Shown piece after piece: positions 46,915 through 55,454 of a stretch of DNA of 64,000 nucleotides. Under the pieces are notes generated by a model, which worked only from the letters and a program-made list of their open reading frames with translations, was not told the origin of the DNA and ran no database searches. Each line of letters begins with the position of its first letter. Position 1 is the stretch's first letter. The DNA is from an uncultured Actinomycetota bacterium (GTDB lineage: Bacteria > Actinomycetota > Actinomycetes > Mycobacteriales > Pseudonocardiaceae): the NCBI GenBank assembly GCA_963822335.1, contig CAWGHE010000007.1, forward strand, positions 741,464-805,463, given 5' to 3'. Both the position numbers and the translations under genes were made by a program.

Positions 46915-47727
46915 ATGATGACCGACCCGATCCCCAGCACGGCGCGCCCTGCCGAATCCGCACGGACGCACCACCGCATCGGGCTGGTGGTCCCCAGCTC
47001 GAACGTGACCGTAGAGACGGAGATGCCGGCGCTGCTGCAGCGCCACCGCGACGCGACCTTCTCCTTCCACTCGACCCGGATGCGCATGCACACCGTCTCG
47101 CCGGACGAGCTGCGGGCCATGAACGCCCAGCGCGAGCGCTGCGTCGACGAGATCGGGGACGCCGGGGTCGACGCGATCCTCTACGCCTGCCTGGTCGCCC
47201 TCATGGCCCAGGGGCACTCCGACGGCGTCGGCGAGCACGAGCACACCGAGAAGGCCGTCACCGGCCAGCTGACCGAGCGGGGCCTTGACCCTGCGGTCAC
47301 CTCCAGCGCCGGTGCCCTCGTACACGCGCTCCGGGCGACCGGCATGGACCGTGTCGCGCTGGTCATGCCCTACCTGCAACCGATCGCCGAGCTCGTTGTC
47401 GCCTACATCGAGGCAGAGGGCTTCACCGTCACCGACTGGCGGGCCCTCGAGGTCGCAGACAACGCCGAGGTCGGCTGTATCGCGGGCGACCGGGTCCTCG
47501 AGGCGGCACGCTCGCTCGAACTGGCCGGCGCCGACGCGCTCATCCTGTCCGCCTGCGTGCAGATGCCGTCGTTGCCCCTGGTGCAGGCGGTTGAGGACGA
47601 GTTCAGGCTCCCCGTCCTGTCCGCCGCGACCGCGGGCGCGTTCACCCTGCTCGACCGGCTGGGGCTGCCTGTCGACCTCCCGGGAGCCGGGCGGCTGCTC
47701 ACCCGCGACGCGAAGGTCGGCATCTGA
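46915..47727 (+). CDS. maiA: Maleate cis-trans isomerase (Asp/Glu-racemase superfamily)
   Basis: ORF 46915..47727(+). RIGLVVPSSNVTVETE, the two catalytic-Cys contexts ILYACLVA and LILSACVQMPS, and PVLSAATAGAF. Confidence 0.8.
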   Translation: MMTDPIPSTARPAESARTHHRIGLVVPSSNVTVETEMPALLQRHRDATFSFHSTRMRMHTVSPDELRAMNAQRERCVDEIGDAGVDAILYACLVALMAQGHSDGVGEHEHTEKAVTGQLTERGLDPAVTSSAGALVHALRATGMDRVALVMPYLQPIAELVVAYIEAEGFTVTDWRALEVADNAEVGCIAGDRVLEAARSLELAGADALILSACVQMPSLPLVQAVEDEFRLPVLSAATAGAFTLLDRLGLPVDLPGAGRLLTRDAKVGI

Positions 47728-47729
47728 CG

Positions 47730-48968
47730 ATGGCCAAGAACCCCGGACTCAACGTCGACTGGTACCCGGCCGCCCTGCCCACCGGCACCGGCGTCCACCT
47801 GCAGACCAGCGTCACCGTGGACGGCAACGCCGCCAAGGGAACCCTCTACGCCCCGCCCGGCCGCGAACCCCGCGACACCACGGTCGTCGTGATGATGCAC
47901 CCACGTGTCGACTTCTCCCGCCACTACCTGATTCCCGCCCTCGTCGAGGCCGGTCACGCCGTCTACGCCCAGCAGGCCCGGGACGCCGGCAGCGACCTGC
48001 GCCTGATCCACGAACAGGCCCTACTCGATCTCGGCGCAGGACTGGAGTGGCTGCACACCGTCGGGTTCCGCCGCACGGTCGGTCTGGGCAACTCCGGCGG
48101 CGGCGGGCTACTCACCTACTACGTCCAGCAGTCCCACCGAGCCGCCGCCGACCGCGTCGCGCGCACCCCGGCCGGCCGGCCGAGCTCACTCGACAAGGCC
48201 ACCCTCCCGACACTCGACGCACTGGCCTACCTTGCCCCGCACCCCGGGCAGGGCACCCTGCTCAGCCGCTGCATCGACGCGTCGGTCACCGACGAGGACG
48301 ACCCGTTCTCCATCGACCCCGCACTCGACCCCTTCTCCGAGCACAACGGCCACCGGCCCGCACCGGAGAGTTCCGCCTACCCGGCAGAATTCGTCGAGCG
48401 CTACCGCGCTGCGCAACTCGCTCGGATCGCCCGCATCGACGAGTGTGCCCGCGCACATGTCTCCGAGGCCCTCGATGCCCGCCGGAAGGTCAAGGCCGGC
48501 ACCGCGACCGCTGCCGACCGCCACCGGGCCGGCACCGCACGGCTGATCACGACCTGGCGCACCGACGCCGATCTGCGTGCGATGGATCTCAGCCTCGACA
48601 AGTCCGACCGCGACTATGGATCCGTCTACGGCCCTACCCCGGAAGTCACCAACTACGGCATCGTCGGCTTCGGACGCCTGACCACTCCGGACGCGTGGCT
48701 GTCGACGTGGTCGGCGCTGTCATCGAACGCCACCATCGCCAAGACCGGGCCGGACATGACCCTGCCGACCCTGCTCATCTCCTACACCGCCGACAACTGC
48801 GTGTTCCCCAGTGACTTCGACGGCATTGTTGATGCCATCGCCAGCACCGACAAGCAGATCCACGCGATCCCCGCCGACCACTACGGCAACCCGGTAAGCA
48901 CGGGGAAGCAACGGCGAGACGATGCAGCCGACCTCATCGGACAATGGATCATGTCGACTCGACCGTAG
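47730..48968 (+). CDS. Alpha/beta-hydrolase-fold protein, 412 aa
   Basis: ORF 47730..48968(+). VVVMMHPRVDF, nucleophile-elbow-like GLGNSGGGG, C-terminal IPADHYG. Confidence 0.65.
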   Translation: MAKNPGLNVDWYPAALPTGTGVHLQTSVTVDGNAAKGTLYAPPGREPRDTTVVVMMHPRVDFSRHYLIPALVEAGHAVYAQQARDAGSDLRLIHEQALLDLGAGLEWLHTVGFRRTVGLGNSGGGGLLTYYVQQSHRAAADRVARTPAGRPSSLDKATLPTLDALAYLAPHPGQGTLLSRCIDASVTDEDDPFSIDPALDPFSEHNGHRPAPESSAYPAEFVERYRAAQLARIARIDECARAHVSEALDARRKVKAGTATAADRHRAGTARLITTWRTDADLRAMDLSLDKSDRDYGSVYGPTPEVTNYGIVGFGRLTTPDAWLSTWSALSSNATIAKTGPDMTLPTLLISYTADNCVFPSDFDGIVDAIASTDKQIHAIPADHYGNPVSTGKQRRDDAADLIGQWIMSTRP

Positions 48969-49355
48969 CTGAGGCGGCTACCAGCACATAGGCAATGGGC
49001 GGTACCGGCCACCAGGGCCGAGTCCGTTCCGGTGCGGGCCCACCTCCCTAACGGGCCGCAGCGATCCCTCTACGGAGTCCGGTGGACGGGTTGATCTTCG
49101 GGGCGCACGCTGGGCGCGTCGGAACCAAGCGGTGATGACGGCACGCTTGACCTCTTCGACGGCCGCTGCGAACGCACCGCACGCCGCGAGGCGATTGTGT
49201 GCTCCTCGCACACCCTCCGGCGTCCTCGCACGCGCTCGGGCGCCTGCGACGACACCACTTCGGGTGCAAGGACGGGCGAGCCGGAGCGCCCGGCGGCTGA
49301 CCGTCAGCGAGGTGCTGAAGCCCGCACAATGCGAGCCCTTGTCGGTACATCGGGG

Positions 49356-49384
49356 TGAAAGTAGTATCTCGCCTACCGATTTCA
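49356..49384. promoter_or_regulatory. Imperfect 11-7-11 inverted repeat upstream of the Rrf2 gene, candidate Rrf2 operator
   Basis: TGAAAGTAGTA-TCTCGCC-TACCGATTTCA (half-sites TGAAAnnnGTA / TACnnnTTTCA) in a locally AT-richer patch, about 116 nt upstream of the ATG at 49500. Confidence 0.4.
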
Positions 49385-49499
49385 ATGGTGACTCGGGAGG
49401 TGCGGGCCATGCCGGTCTGCTGCGGATCGTTGCGGCGCCCGGCTCGTCCGTTCGACGGCAGACACGGTTCGGCTCGTTGCCGACGGAGGCGGGCTGGCC

Positions 49500-49949
49500 A
49501 TGAACCACACCAACCACGCGGACTATGCGTTGCGGGTTCTGCTCTACCTCCGTGTGGCACCCGGGCGGCGCGGTTCCATCGCCGCGATATCGGCCGCCCA
49601 CCACATCTCACGCCACCACCTCGACAAGGTCGTGCAGCGGATGTCCGGAGCCGGGCTGGTGGAGACCGTCCGGGGCCGGGGTGGCGGGGTGCGCCTGACG
49701 CGCGACCCCTCGGACATCACGGTCGGGGACGTGATGCGGGCGATGGAGAACGACTACGCGGTCGTGGAGTGTCTCGGCCACCGGCGCTACTGCCGGGTCG
49801 CCGGTGTGTGCGGGGCGCGCAGCGTGTTCGCCCGGGCGCTCGACTCGTACTTCGCCGTCCTCGACGAGGCGACGTTGGACGACATCGCGGCGAACGACCA
49901 GGGCCTGCGCGGTGCGCTGGGTCTGGTCGGTCTGACCGCACCACCCTGA
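49500..49949 (+). CDS. Rrf2-family transcriptional regulator (NsrR/IscR-like, three-Cys cluster motif)
   Basis: ORF 49500..49949(+). MNHTNHADYALRVLLYL, SIAAISAAHHISRHHLDKVVQRMSGAGLVETVRGRGGGVRL (wHTH), CLGHRRYCRVAGVCG (Cx6Cx5C). Confidence 0.88.
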   Translation: MNHTNHADYALRVLLYLRVAPGRRGSIAAISAAHHISRHHLDKVVQRMSGAGLVETVRGRGGGVRLTRDPSDITVGDVMRAMENDYAVVECLGHRRYCRVAGVCGARSVFARALDSYFAVLDEATLDDIAANDQGLRGALGLVGLTAPP

Positions 49950-49980
49950 GAGGCGACGGGTCGCGACCGAGGGAGGGCTC

Positions 49981-51285
49981 GTGCCGATCGACTTCGACCT
50001 GACGCCGGACCAGCGGACGTTGAAGTACTCGGTGCGGGAGTTCGCCCGTGAGGTCCTGCGCCCGGCCGCGGAACGCGCGGACGCCCTCGCCGATCCGCAG
50101 GAAGCGTTCGCCGGGATGAAGCCGGCCTACGAGCAGGCCCGCGGAATGGGGCTGGCGACCGGATTCCTCCCGCGGGAGTACGGAGGTGGTGGCGCGTCGA
50201 ACGTCGACTTCCTGATCGCCGTCGAGGAGCTTTGCGCCGTCGATCCCGGATTCCCGACGATCCTGCTCGTCAACGGCCTCGCGCTCATGCCGCTGCTGTG
50301 GTTCGGCACCGAGCAACAGCGCGAGCACTGGATCGGCCGGGCGACGTCGGCGTCGAGCACCGACTACCTGGCCGGCTGGGTGGTGAGCGAGCGCGGCGGC
50401 ACGGCCAACTTCGACCACCCCAGCGCCAACGCCGGGATCCAGGTCGTGGCCGACCACGATAAGGCCGCTGGCGAGTACGTGCTCAACGGCGAGAAGCACT
50501 GGCCGTGCAACGCGGGCGGCTGGGACCTGCGGGGGGCTGACGTCAACCTGTGCGTCGTGCGGACCGACCGGCACGCCGGGGGCAAGGACGGCCTGAGCGG
50601 CGTGCTCGTTGAAAGGGGCACGCCGGGCGTCGAGTACGAGGTCATCGACAAGACCGCGCACCGGACCTGCCAGAACGTGACGATGACGTTCCGCAACGTG
50701 CGCGTGCCGGAGGGGAACCTGATCGCCCAGGGCGACGGCGACCTGCTGGTCAACCGCGCCTTCACCTGGTCCGGGCCGATCGCCGGTATCGCCGCCGTCG
50801 GTGTCGCCCGCGCCGCCTACGAGTTCGCCCTGAAGTGGGCTAGGACCTACACCGGTGGCGGGTCGACACCGATCATCGACCACCAGGCCGTCGGGAACCT
50901 CCTGGTCGACGTCGCGGCCCGGATCGAGGCCGGGCGGTACCTGTCCTGGAAGGCGGCGCACTACCTGGACCGCCACGATGGCGAGGGGCACGCGCTCGGC
51001 GCGATGAACAAGACGTTCTGCGGTGACGTGATGCAGGGCGTCGTGTTCGACTGCATGCGGATCGTCGGGGTCAACTCGATCGACAAGAAGTTCGGCATGG
51101 AGAAGCTCTACCGGGAGTCGCTCGTCTTCCCGCTCTACGACGCCGGGAATCTTGCCATGCAAAGGCGGCGGGCATGGGGTGTGATGGCCGACCCCGCATT
51201 CTCGCCGGACCTATTCGTCGACGGAGAGCCGTTCGGATTCAAGAAGTCCATGGAAGGCTACGGCGTGGTCGCGCCGACCGCTTAG
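49981..51285 (+). CDS. Acyl-CoA-dehydrogenase-fold flavoprotein, nitroalkane-oxidase-like (paralog 1)
   Basis: GTG at 49981. NGEKHWPCNAGGWDLRGADVNLCVVR. C-terminal LVFPLYDAGNLAMQRRRAWGVMADPAFSPD has Asp where ACADs carry the catalytic Glu (YEG motif). Confidence 0.75.
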   Translation: MPIDFDLTPDQRTLKYSVREFAREVLRPAAERADALADPQEAFAGMKPAYEQARGMGLATGFLPREYGGGGASNVDFLIAVEELCAVDPGFPTILLVNGLALMPLLWFGTEQQREHWIGRATSASSTDYLAGWVVSERGGTANFDHPSANAGIQVVADHDKAAGEYVLNGEKHWPCNAGGWDLRGADVNLCVVRTDRHAGGKDGLSGVLVERGTPGVEYEVIDKTAHRTCQNVTMTFRNVRVPEGNLIAQGDGDLLVNRAFTWSGPIAGIAAVGVARAAYEFALKWARTYTGGGSTPIIDHQAVGNLLVDVAARIEAGRYLSWKAAHYLDRHDGEGHALGAMNKTFCGDVMQGVVFDCMRIVGVNSIDKKFGMEKLYRESLVFPLYDAGNLAMQRRRAWGVMADPAFSPDLFVDGEPFGFKKSMEGYGVVAPTA

Positions 51286-51315
51286 TCGTATAGAACCTGT
51301 GCTGCGGGGTAAACG

Positions 51316-52719
51316 GTGACAGCAACTGCACACCAGGATCGTCCGGTGAGCCCTCCGGCGGTGCTCGACGACCGCGCCCGGATGACCGCGCTGACCGACG
51401 CCTGGGAGCGGTTCGTCGACGGCGACGATGCGGCGCCCGGCGTCGGCGACGAGATCCTCGCGTCCTGGTACCGCTCGCGCGACGTGCACCGCATCGACCC
51501 CTGCCGTTGGGCGCCATCTCGGACACCGACGCGCCGGGCCCGGCACAGCCCCCATCCCGAGGTGTTCGCCACGCTCGGCGCCGCGGCCGCCTCCCTCGTC
51601 GGGCACCGTCCGCCGATCGGCGCGATCGTCACCGATGGTGACGGATGGACGGTCACGTCGATCCGCGGGCCGGCCGACGGCCCGCGGGAGGTGTGCTGGT
51701 CGGAGGCCATGACGGGCACGAGCGGGGTGGGCGTCGGGCTGGTGCGGCGAGGTCCGACGGTGGTCCGCGGTCCCGAACACTGGTGCCTGGCGCTGCACGG
51801 GTGGTCGTGCGTGGCCTACGCCGTCCGCGACATGGTCACCCGGGACCCGATCGCCACGATCGCGCTCTTCGCGCGCGACCCGGCCGACGTGCTCGAGCCG
51901 TCTGACGAGCTGCGCGCCCGGGGGCGCGCGATCGAGGGCGACCTGCGGGCATGCGCGGCCCGGGACGGCCTCGCCCTGGTACACGAGTTCTCGCGGGTCA
52001 GTCGCGGGCACCGCGGGGTGCTCCTGGCCGTCGACGAGGCGGGCGGCGTCGTCGCGGCGAACGACGAGGGTCGCCGATGCCTGCCGTGGCTGCCCTCCGG
52101 CTACCTGGTCGACCCGGCGGTGCGCTGGCGTCCGGCGGACCCGCGCGTGCGCAGGTTCCTGGAGCGGTCCGGCGAGGCTGTGCGGGCAGGCCGGGAGTGT
52201 GTCGGGCGCCGCGAGCTCGGCAGCGCCTACACCGGGGCCCCCGACGTATTCGAGGTGCGGCCCGTCGTGACCCCGTTCGGCCCGGTCGGTTGGCTCCTGC
52301 TCGGCGGCCGTCACCGTGAGTGTCGGGACGGGCTGTCGGACGGGGACGGAGCACCGGTGCCGGAGCCCGACGACGGCGCCCGTGGTGGCCGGGTCCCCGC
52401 GGTGCACGGTGATCACGTCGTGCTGCTGCGGCCGGCGGAGATCCGCTACGCCGAGGCGGACGGGCACGCCGTGTGGCTGGCCACCGATCTGGGCCGGGTC
52501 CGCGCCACGACTCGGGGAATCGACAACGTGGCCGCGGAGCTGGCCGCCGGCGGGCTGCGGCGGGTGCACCGCAGCTTCGTGGTGAACCTCGACCGGGTGC
52601 GTGGGATCGAGGCGACGAAGGGCGGCGGGCTGCTCCTGAGCACCGACCCGCACCGGAACGAGCGAATTCCCGTTTCCCGGCCCAATATCCCGCGAATCCG
52701 ACGCGCTCTCGGAATCTGA
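51316..52719 (+). CDS. Transcriptional regulator with an N-terminal GAF-like sensory region and a C-terminal LytTR DNA-binding domain
   Basis: GTG at 51316. N-terminus: ILASWYRSRDVHRIDP (AcoR/GAF-type activator-like). C-terminus: VVLLRPAEIRYAEADGHAVWLATDLGRVRATTRGIDNVAAELAAGGLRRVHRSFVVNLDRVRGIE (LytTR). Confidence 0.75.
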   Translation: MTATAHQDRPVSPPAVLDDRARMTALTDAWERFVDGDDAAPGVGDEILASWYRSRDVHRIDPCRWAPSRTPTRRARHSPHPEVFATLGAAAASLVGHRPPIGAIVTDGDGWTVTSIRGPADGPREVCWSEAMTGTSGVGVGLVRRGPTVVRGPEHWCLALHGWSCVAYAVRDMVTRDPIATIALFARDPADVLEPSDELRARGRAIEGDLRACAARDGLALVHEFSRVSRGHRGVLLAVDEAGGVVAANDEGRRCLPWLPSGYLVDPAVRWRPADPRVRRFLERSGEAVRAGRECVGRRELGSAYTGAPDVFEVRPVVTPFGPVGWLLLGGRHRECRDGLSDGDGAPVPEPDDGARGGRVPAVHGDHVVLLRPAEIRYAEADGHAVWLATDLGRVRATTRGIDNVAAELAAGGLRRVHRSFVVNLDRVRGIEATKGGGLLLSTDPHRNERIPVSRPNIPRIRRALGI

Positions 52720-52880
52720 CCGGCCGTTCCGGGGCCGACCCGCCGCCGCGCCGTCCGTGCCACGATTCCGCCCGTCCGTGCCACGGATCTTCTCCCGCGT
52801 TCACTCTCGGGTCATCATTTCGTTCGATATCGACGGATGACCGTATTTTTCGATCGGCTGCCACGGAAACCGGAGAAACG

Positions 52881-54200
52881 ATGTTCGACTTCACCCTCAC
52901 GCCGGACCAGCGGAAGATCCAGGACGGCGCACGCGAGTTCGCGACCGAGGTGCTCGCACCGATCACGCCCGCCGTGGACGAGGAACCGGACCCTCTCAAG
53001 GGTTTCCAGATGCTGAAGCCGGCCTACGCGGAGGCCTGCAAGCGCGGGATGGCGTACGGCATGCTGCCCGCGGAGTACGGCGGAGGCGGTCTGAACAACG
53101 TCGACTTCCTGATCGCCGCCGAGGAGGTGCAGGCCGTCGACCCCGGTTTCGGGACGACGCTGCTGGTCAACGGGCTCGGCTTGATGCCCGTCTGGTACTA
53201 CGGGACCGAGGAGCAGAAGCAGCGCTTCATCGGTCGGGCCACGGCCGACAAGTCCGGCGAGTTCATCGTCGGGTACGCCGCGAGCGAGCCGCCGGGTTCA
53301 CCGGGTGGGACGGCGAACTTCGACGCCCCGGCCAGTGGCGGGGCCGGCATGGCCGTGACCGCACGCCGTGACGGCAACGACCTGATCCTCAACGGCCGCA
53401 AGTACTGGCCGTGCAACGTGGCCGGCTGGGACGGGAACGGCGCCGACATGAACCTGGTCGTCGTCCGGACCGACCCGGAGGCGGGCGGCACCGCCGGTCT
53501 GTCCGCGGTGATCGTCGAACGGGGCACGCCGGGCGTCTCGTACAGCCTGATCAGCACGGCCGGCCAGCGCAGCGCGCCGAACGCCGAGATCATCTTCCAG
53601 GACGCGCGGGTCCCGGCGGACAACCTGATCGAGGGCACCGCCGGCAACGGGGACCTGCTGATCAACCGGAACTTCGCGTGGTCCGGGCCGGTCGCCGGGA
53701 TCGGGGCGGTGGCGATCGCCCGCTCCGCCTACGAGGCCGCGCTCGACTTCGCCAAGACGTACACGGCCGGCGGCTCGCATCCGATCATCCACCACCAGTA
53801 CCCCGGCTACGTGCTCGGTGACGTCGCTGCACGGATCGACGCGGCCCGTGCGTACTGCTACAAGACCGCCCACTACCTGGACACGCACGGCTACCACGGC
53901 GAGCTGATCGGGGCGCAGAACAAGGTCTTCTGCACGGAGCTGATGTTCGACTGCGTCTACAAGTGCATGCAGGTCGTCGGCGTGAACTCGCTGGACAAGA
54001 AGTACCCGTTCCACCGGTGGCTGCGGGAGGCGGCCGTGTTCCCGCTCTACGACGCCGGCAACTTCGGCATGCAGCGCCGGCGCGTGCACGGCGTCATGGC
54101 GGACCCGTCGTTCGACCCGCGTGCGGTGATGAACCACGAGGCCGTCGAGTTCACGAAGGACATGGAGGGCATCGGGACGGTCCCGGGACCGACCAAGTAG
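52881..54200 (+). CDS. Acyl-CoA-dehydrogenase-fold flavoprotein, nitroalkane-oxidase-like (paralog 2)
   Basis: RBS CGGAGAA plus ATG at 52881, within ORF 52473..54200. NGRKYWPCNVAGWDGNGADMNLVVVR and AAVFPLYDAGNFGMQRRRVHGVMADPSFDP. Clearly paralogous to 49981..51285. Confidence 0.78.
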   Translation: MFDFTLTPDQRKIQDGAREFATEVLAPITPAVDEEPDPLKGFQMLKPAYAEACKRGMAYGMLPAEYGGGGLNNVDFLIAAEEVQAVDPGFGTTLLVNGLGLMPVWYYGTEEQKQRFIGRATADKSGEFIVGYAASEPPGSPGGTANFDAPASGGAGMAVTARRDGNDLILNGRKYWPCNVAGWDGNGADMNLVVVRTDPEAGGTAGLSAVIVERGTPGVSYSLISTAGQRSAPNAEIIFQDARVPADNLIEGTAGNGDLLINRNFAWSGPVAGIGAVAIARSAYEAALDFAKTYTAGGSHPIIHHQYPGYVLGDVAARIDAARAYCYKTAHYLDTHGYHGELIGAQNKVFCTELMFDCVYKCMQVVGVNSLDKKYPFHRWLREAAVFPLYDAGNFGMQRRRVHGVMADPSFDPRAVMNHEAVEFTKDMEGIGTVPGPTK

Positions 54201-54211
54201 CGATTCCGTTC

Positions 54212-54248
54212 GTGCGGGGCCGTCGTCCGAGCAGCGACGGCCCCGCAC
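54212..54248 (+). terminator. Perfect 14-bp stem hairpin after the second NAO-like gene
   Basis: GTGCGGGGCCGTCG-TCCGAGCAG-CGACGGCCCCGCAC, 12 nt after the stop. Confidence 0.6.
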
Positions 54249-54351
54249 GCGCGTGCGCCGGGCCGTCAGTCCGCGCTCAACGACGTTGACTCGACGTCCG
54301 CCACCGCGCGTCGGCTGAGCCACCACTGAGCGCCGTCCGGCCGCTGAGGGA

Positions 54352-55185
54352 TCAGCTTTGTCGGGCGGCTGCGAGTTTGAAGGAAACCGGAAGCTGGTAC
54401 TTCTCGCCGGTCCGGTAGTCGTCCACGTGGCGGTCGAAGCTGGCCCGGATCCGGCGCACGACCTCGGCCGACTGGCCGCGGATCATCGCTGATGTCCGGA
54501 CCGTGCCATGCAGCAAGCCATCCCACAGCTCATCGGCGCTGTCGACGCTTTGCGTGAACTCGACGGTCCGGATGCCGATATCCACGAAGCCCTGGTCCGT
54601 CAGTAGCGATTCGAGCTCGAGGTCGTCGGCGAACCGGAAGAAGTTCGGTCCGGCCGGCACCACCTCGGGTGGGGCGATGCCGACCTCCTGCACCGCGTCG
54701 AGAAGGACCCCGACCAGTCGGGCGCGTGTGGGGAAGTTCCAGGCGGTCAGCGCCAACCGGCCCTCGTCGGTCAACACGCGCCGGAACTCCGCTACCGCCT
54801 GCTCCGGCCGGCCGAAGTGTGGCAAACCGAGGTTGCTGACGACCGCATCGAAGCAACGATCCGGGAAAGGGAGCGCCTGTGCGTCACCCTCCTGGAACTC
54901 GGCCCGTGGAAAGCGTTGCCGGGCGATCCTGACCATGGGCTCGGCGATGTCGACTCCGACGGCCGTTGCACCGCGCTCCGCCGCGCGTGCCGCGAGATGA
55001 CCCGGGCCGCACGCGACGTCGAGTACGCGCGTGTCGGGTCGGGCATCGACCGCGTCGAGCAGTGCATCACTGAGGCGGCTGGTCATGGTGGGCCAATAGA
55101 CGTCGTACCCCGCCGCCGTCGCCTCCCAGCCGGCGGCTTCGAAGGCGTTAAAGGCATCAGCGTCGATCAAGGCCGTCTCCCTCAC
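54352..55185 (-). CDS. Class I SAM-dependent methyltransferase
   Basis: ORF 54352..55185(-). Motif I VLDVACGPGHLA. FDAVVSNLGLPHF, EGRLALTAW. Confidence 0.85.
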   Translation of the reverse strand: MRETALIDADAFNAFEAAGWEATAAGYDVYWPTMTSRLSDALLDAVDARPDTRVLDVACGPGHLAARAAERGATAVGVDIAEPMVRIARQRFPRAEFQEGDAQALPFPDRCFDAVVSNLGLPHFGRPEQAVAEFRRVLTDEGRLALTAWNFPTRARLVGVLLDAVQEVGIAPPEVVPAGPNFFRFADDLELESLLTDQGFVDIGIRTVEFTQSVDSADELWDGLLHGTVRTSAMIRGQSAEVVRRIRASFDRHVDDYRTGEKYQLPVSFKLAAARQS

Positions 55186-55454
55186 TCAGCCCACAGCCGA
55201 GGTTGCCCCGGAGTCCGAGCGTCCGCCAAGCATCCATGCTGGTCAAGGAGTCCCGCGCTTCTACCGGGCCTTCGTCGCCGAAGCAGCCGACGACCTCGGC
55301 ACCGTCATCAGGCTGGCGGGCCGGTAATGGGTCTCCTACAGATCGATCCACCTCAGCCGCGTGGCGGTGGTTACTGAAGACACACAGGACTCTAGCTCGG
55401 TACGTTGTGATTCCCCGTCCGAACCTGGAGTCCGACTTGAACGATAGCGTTAGC

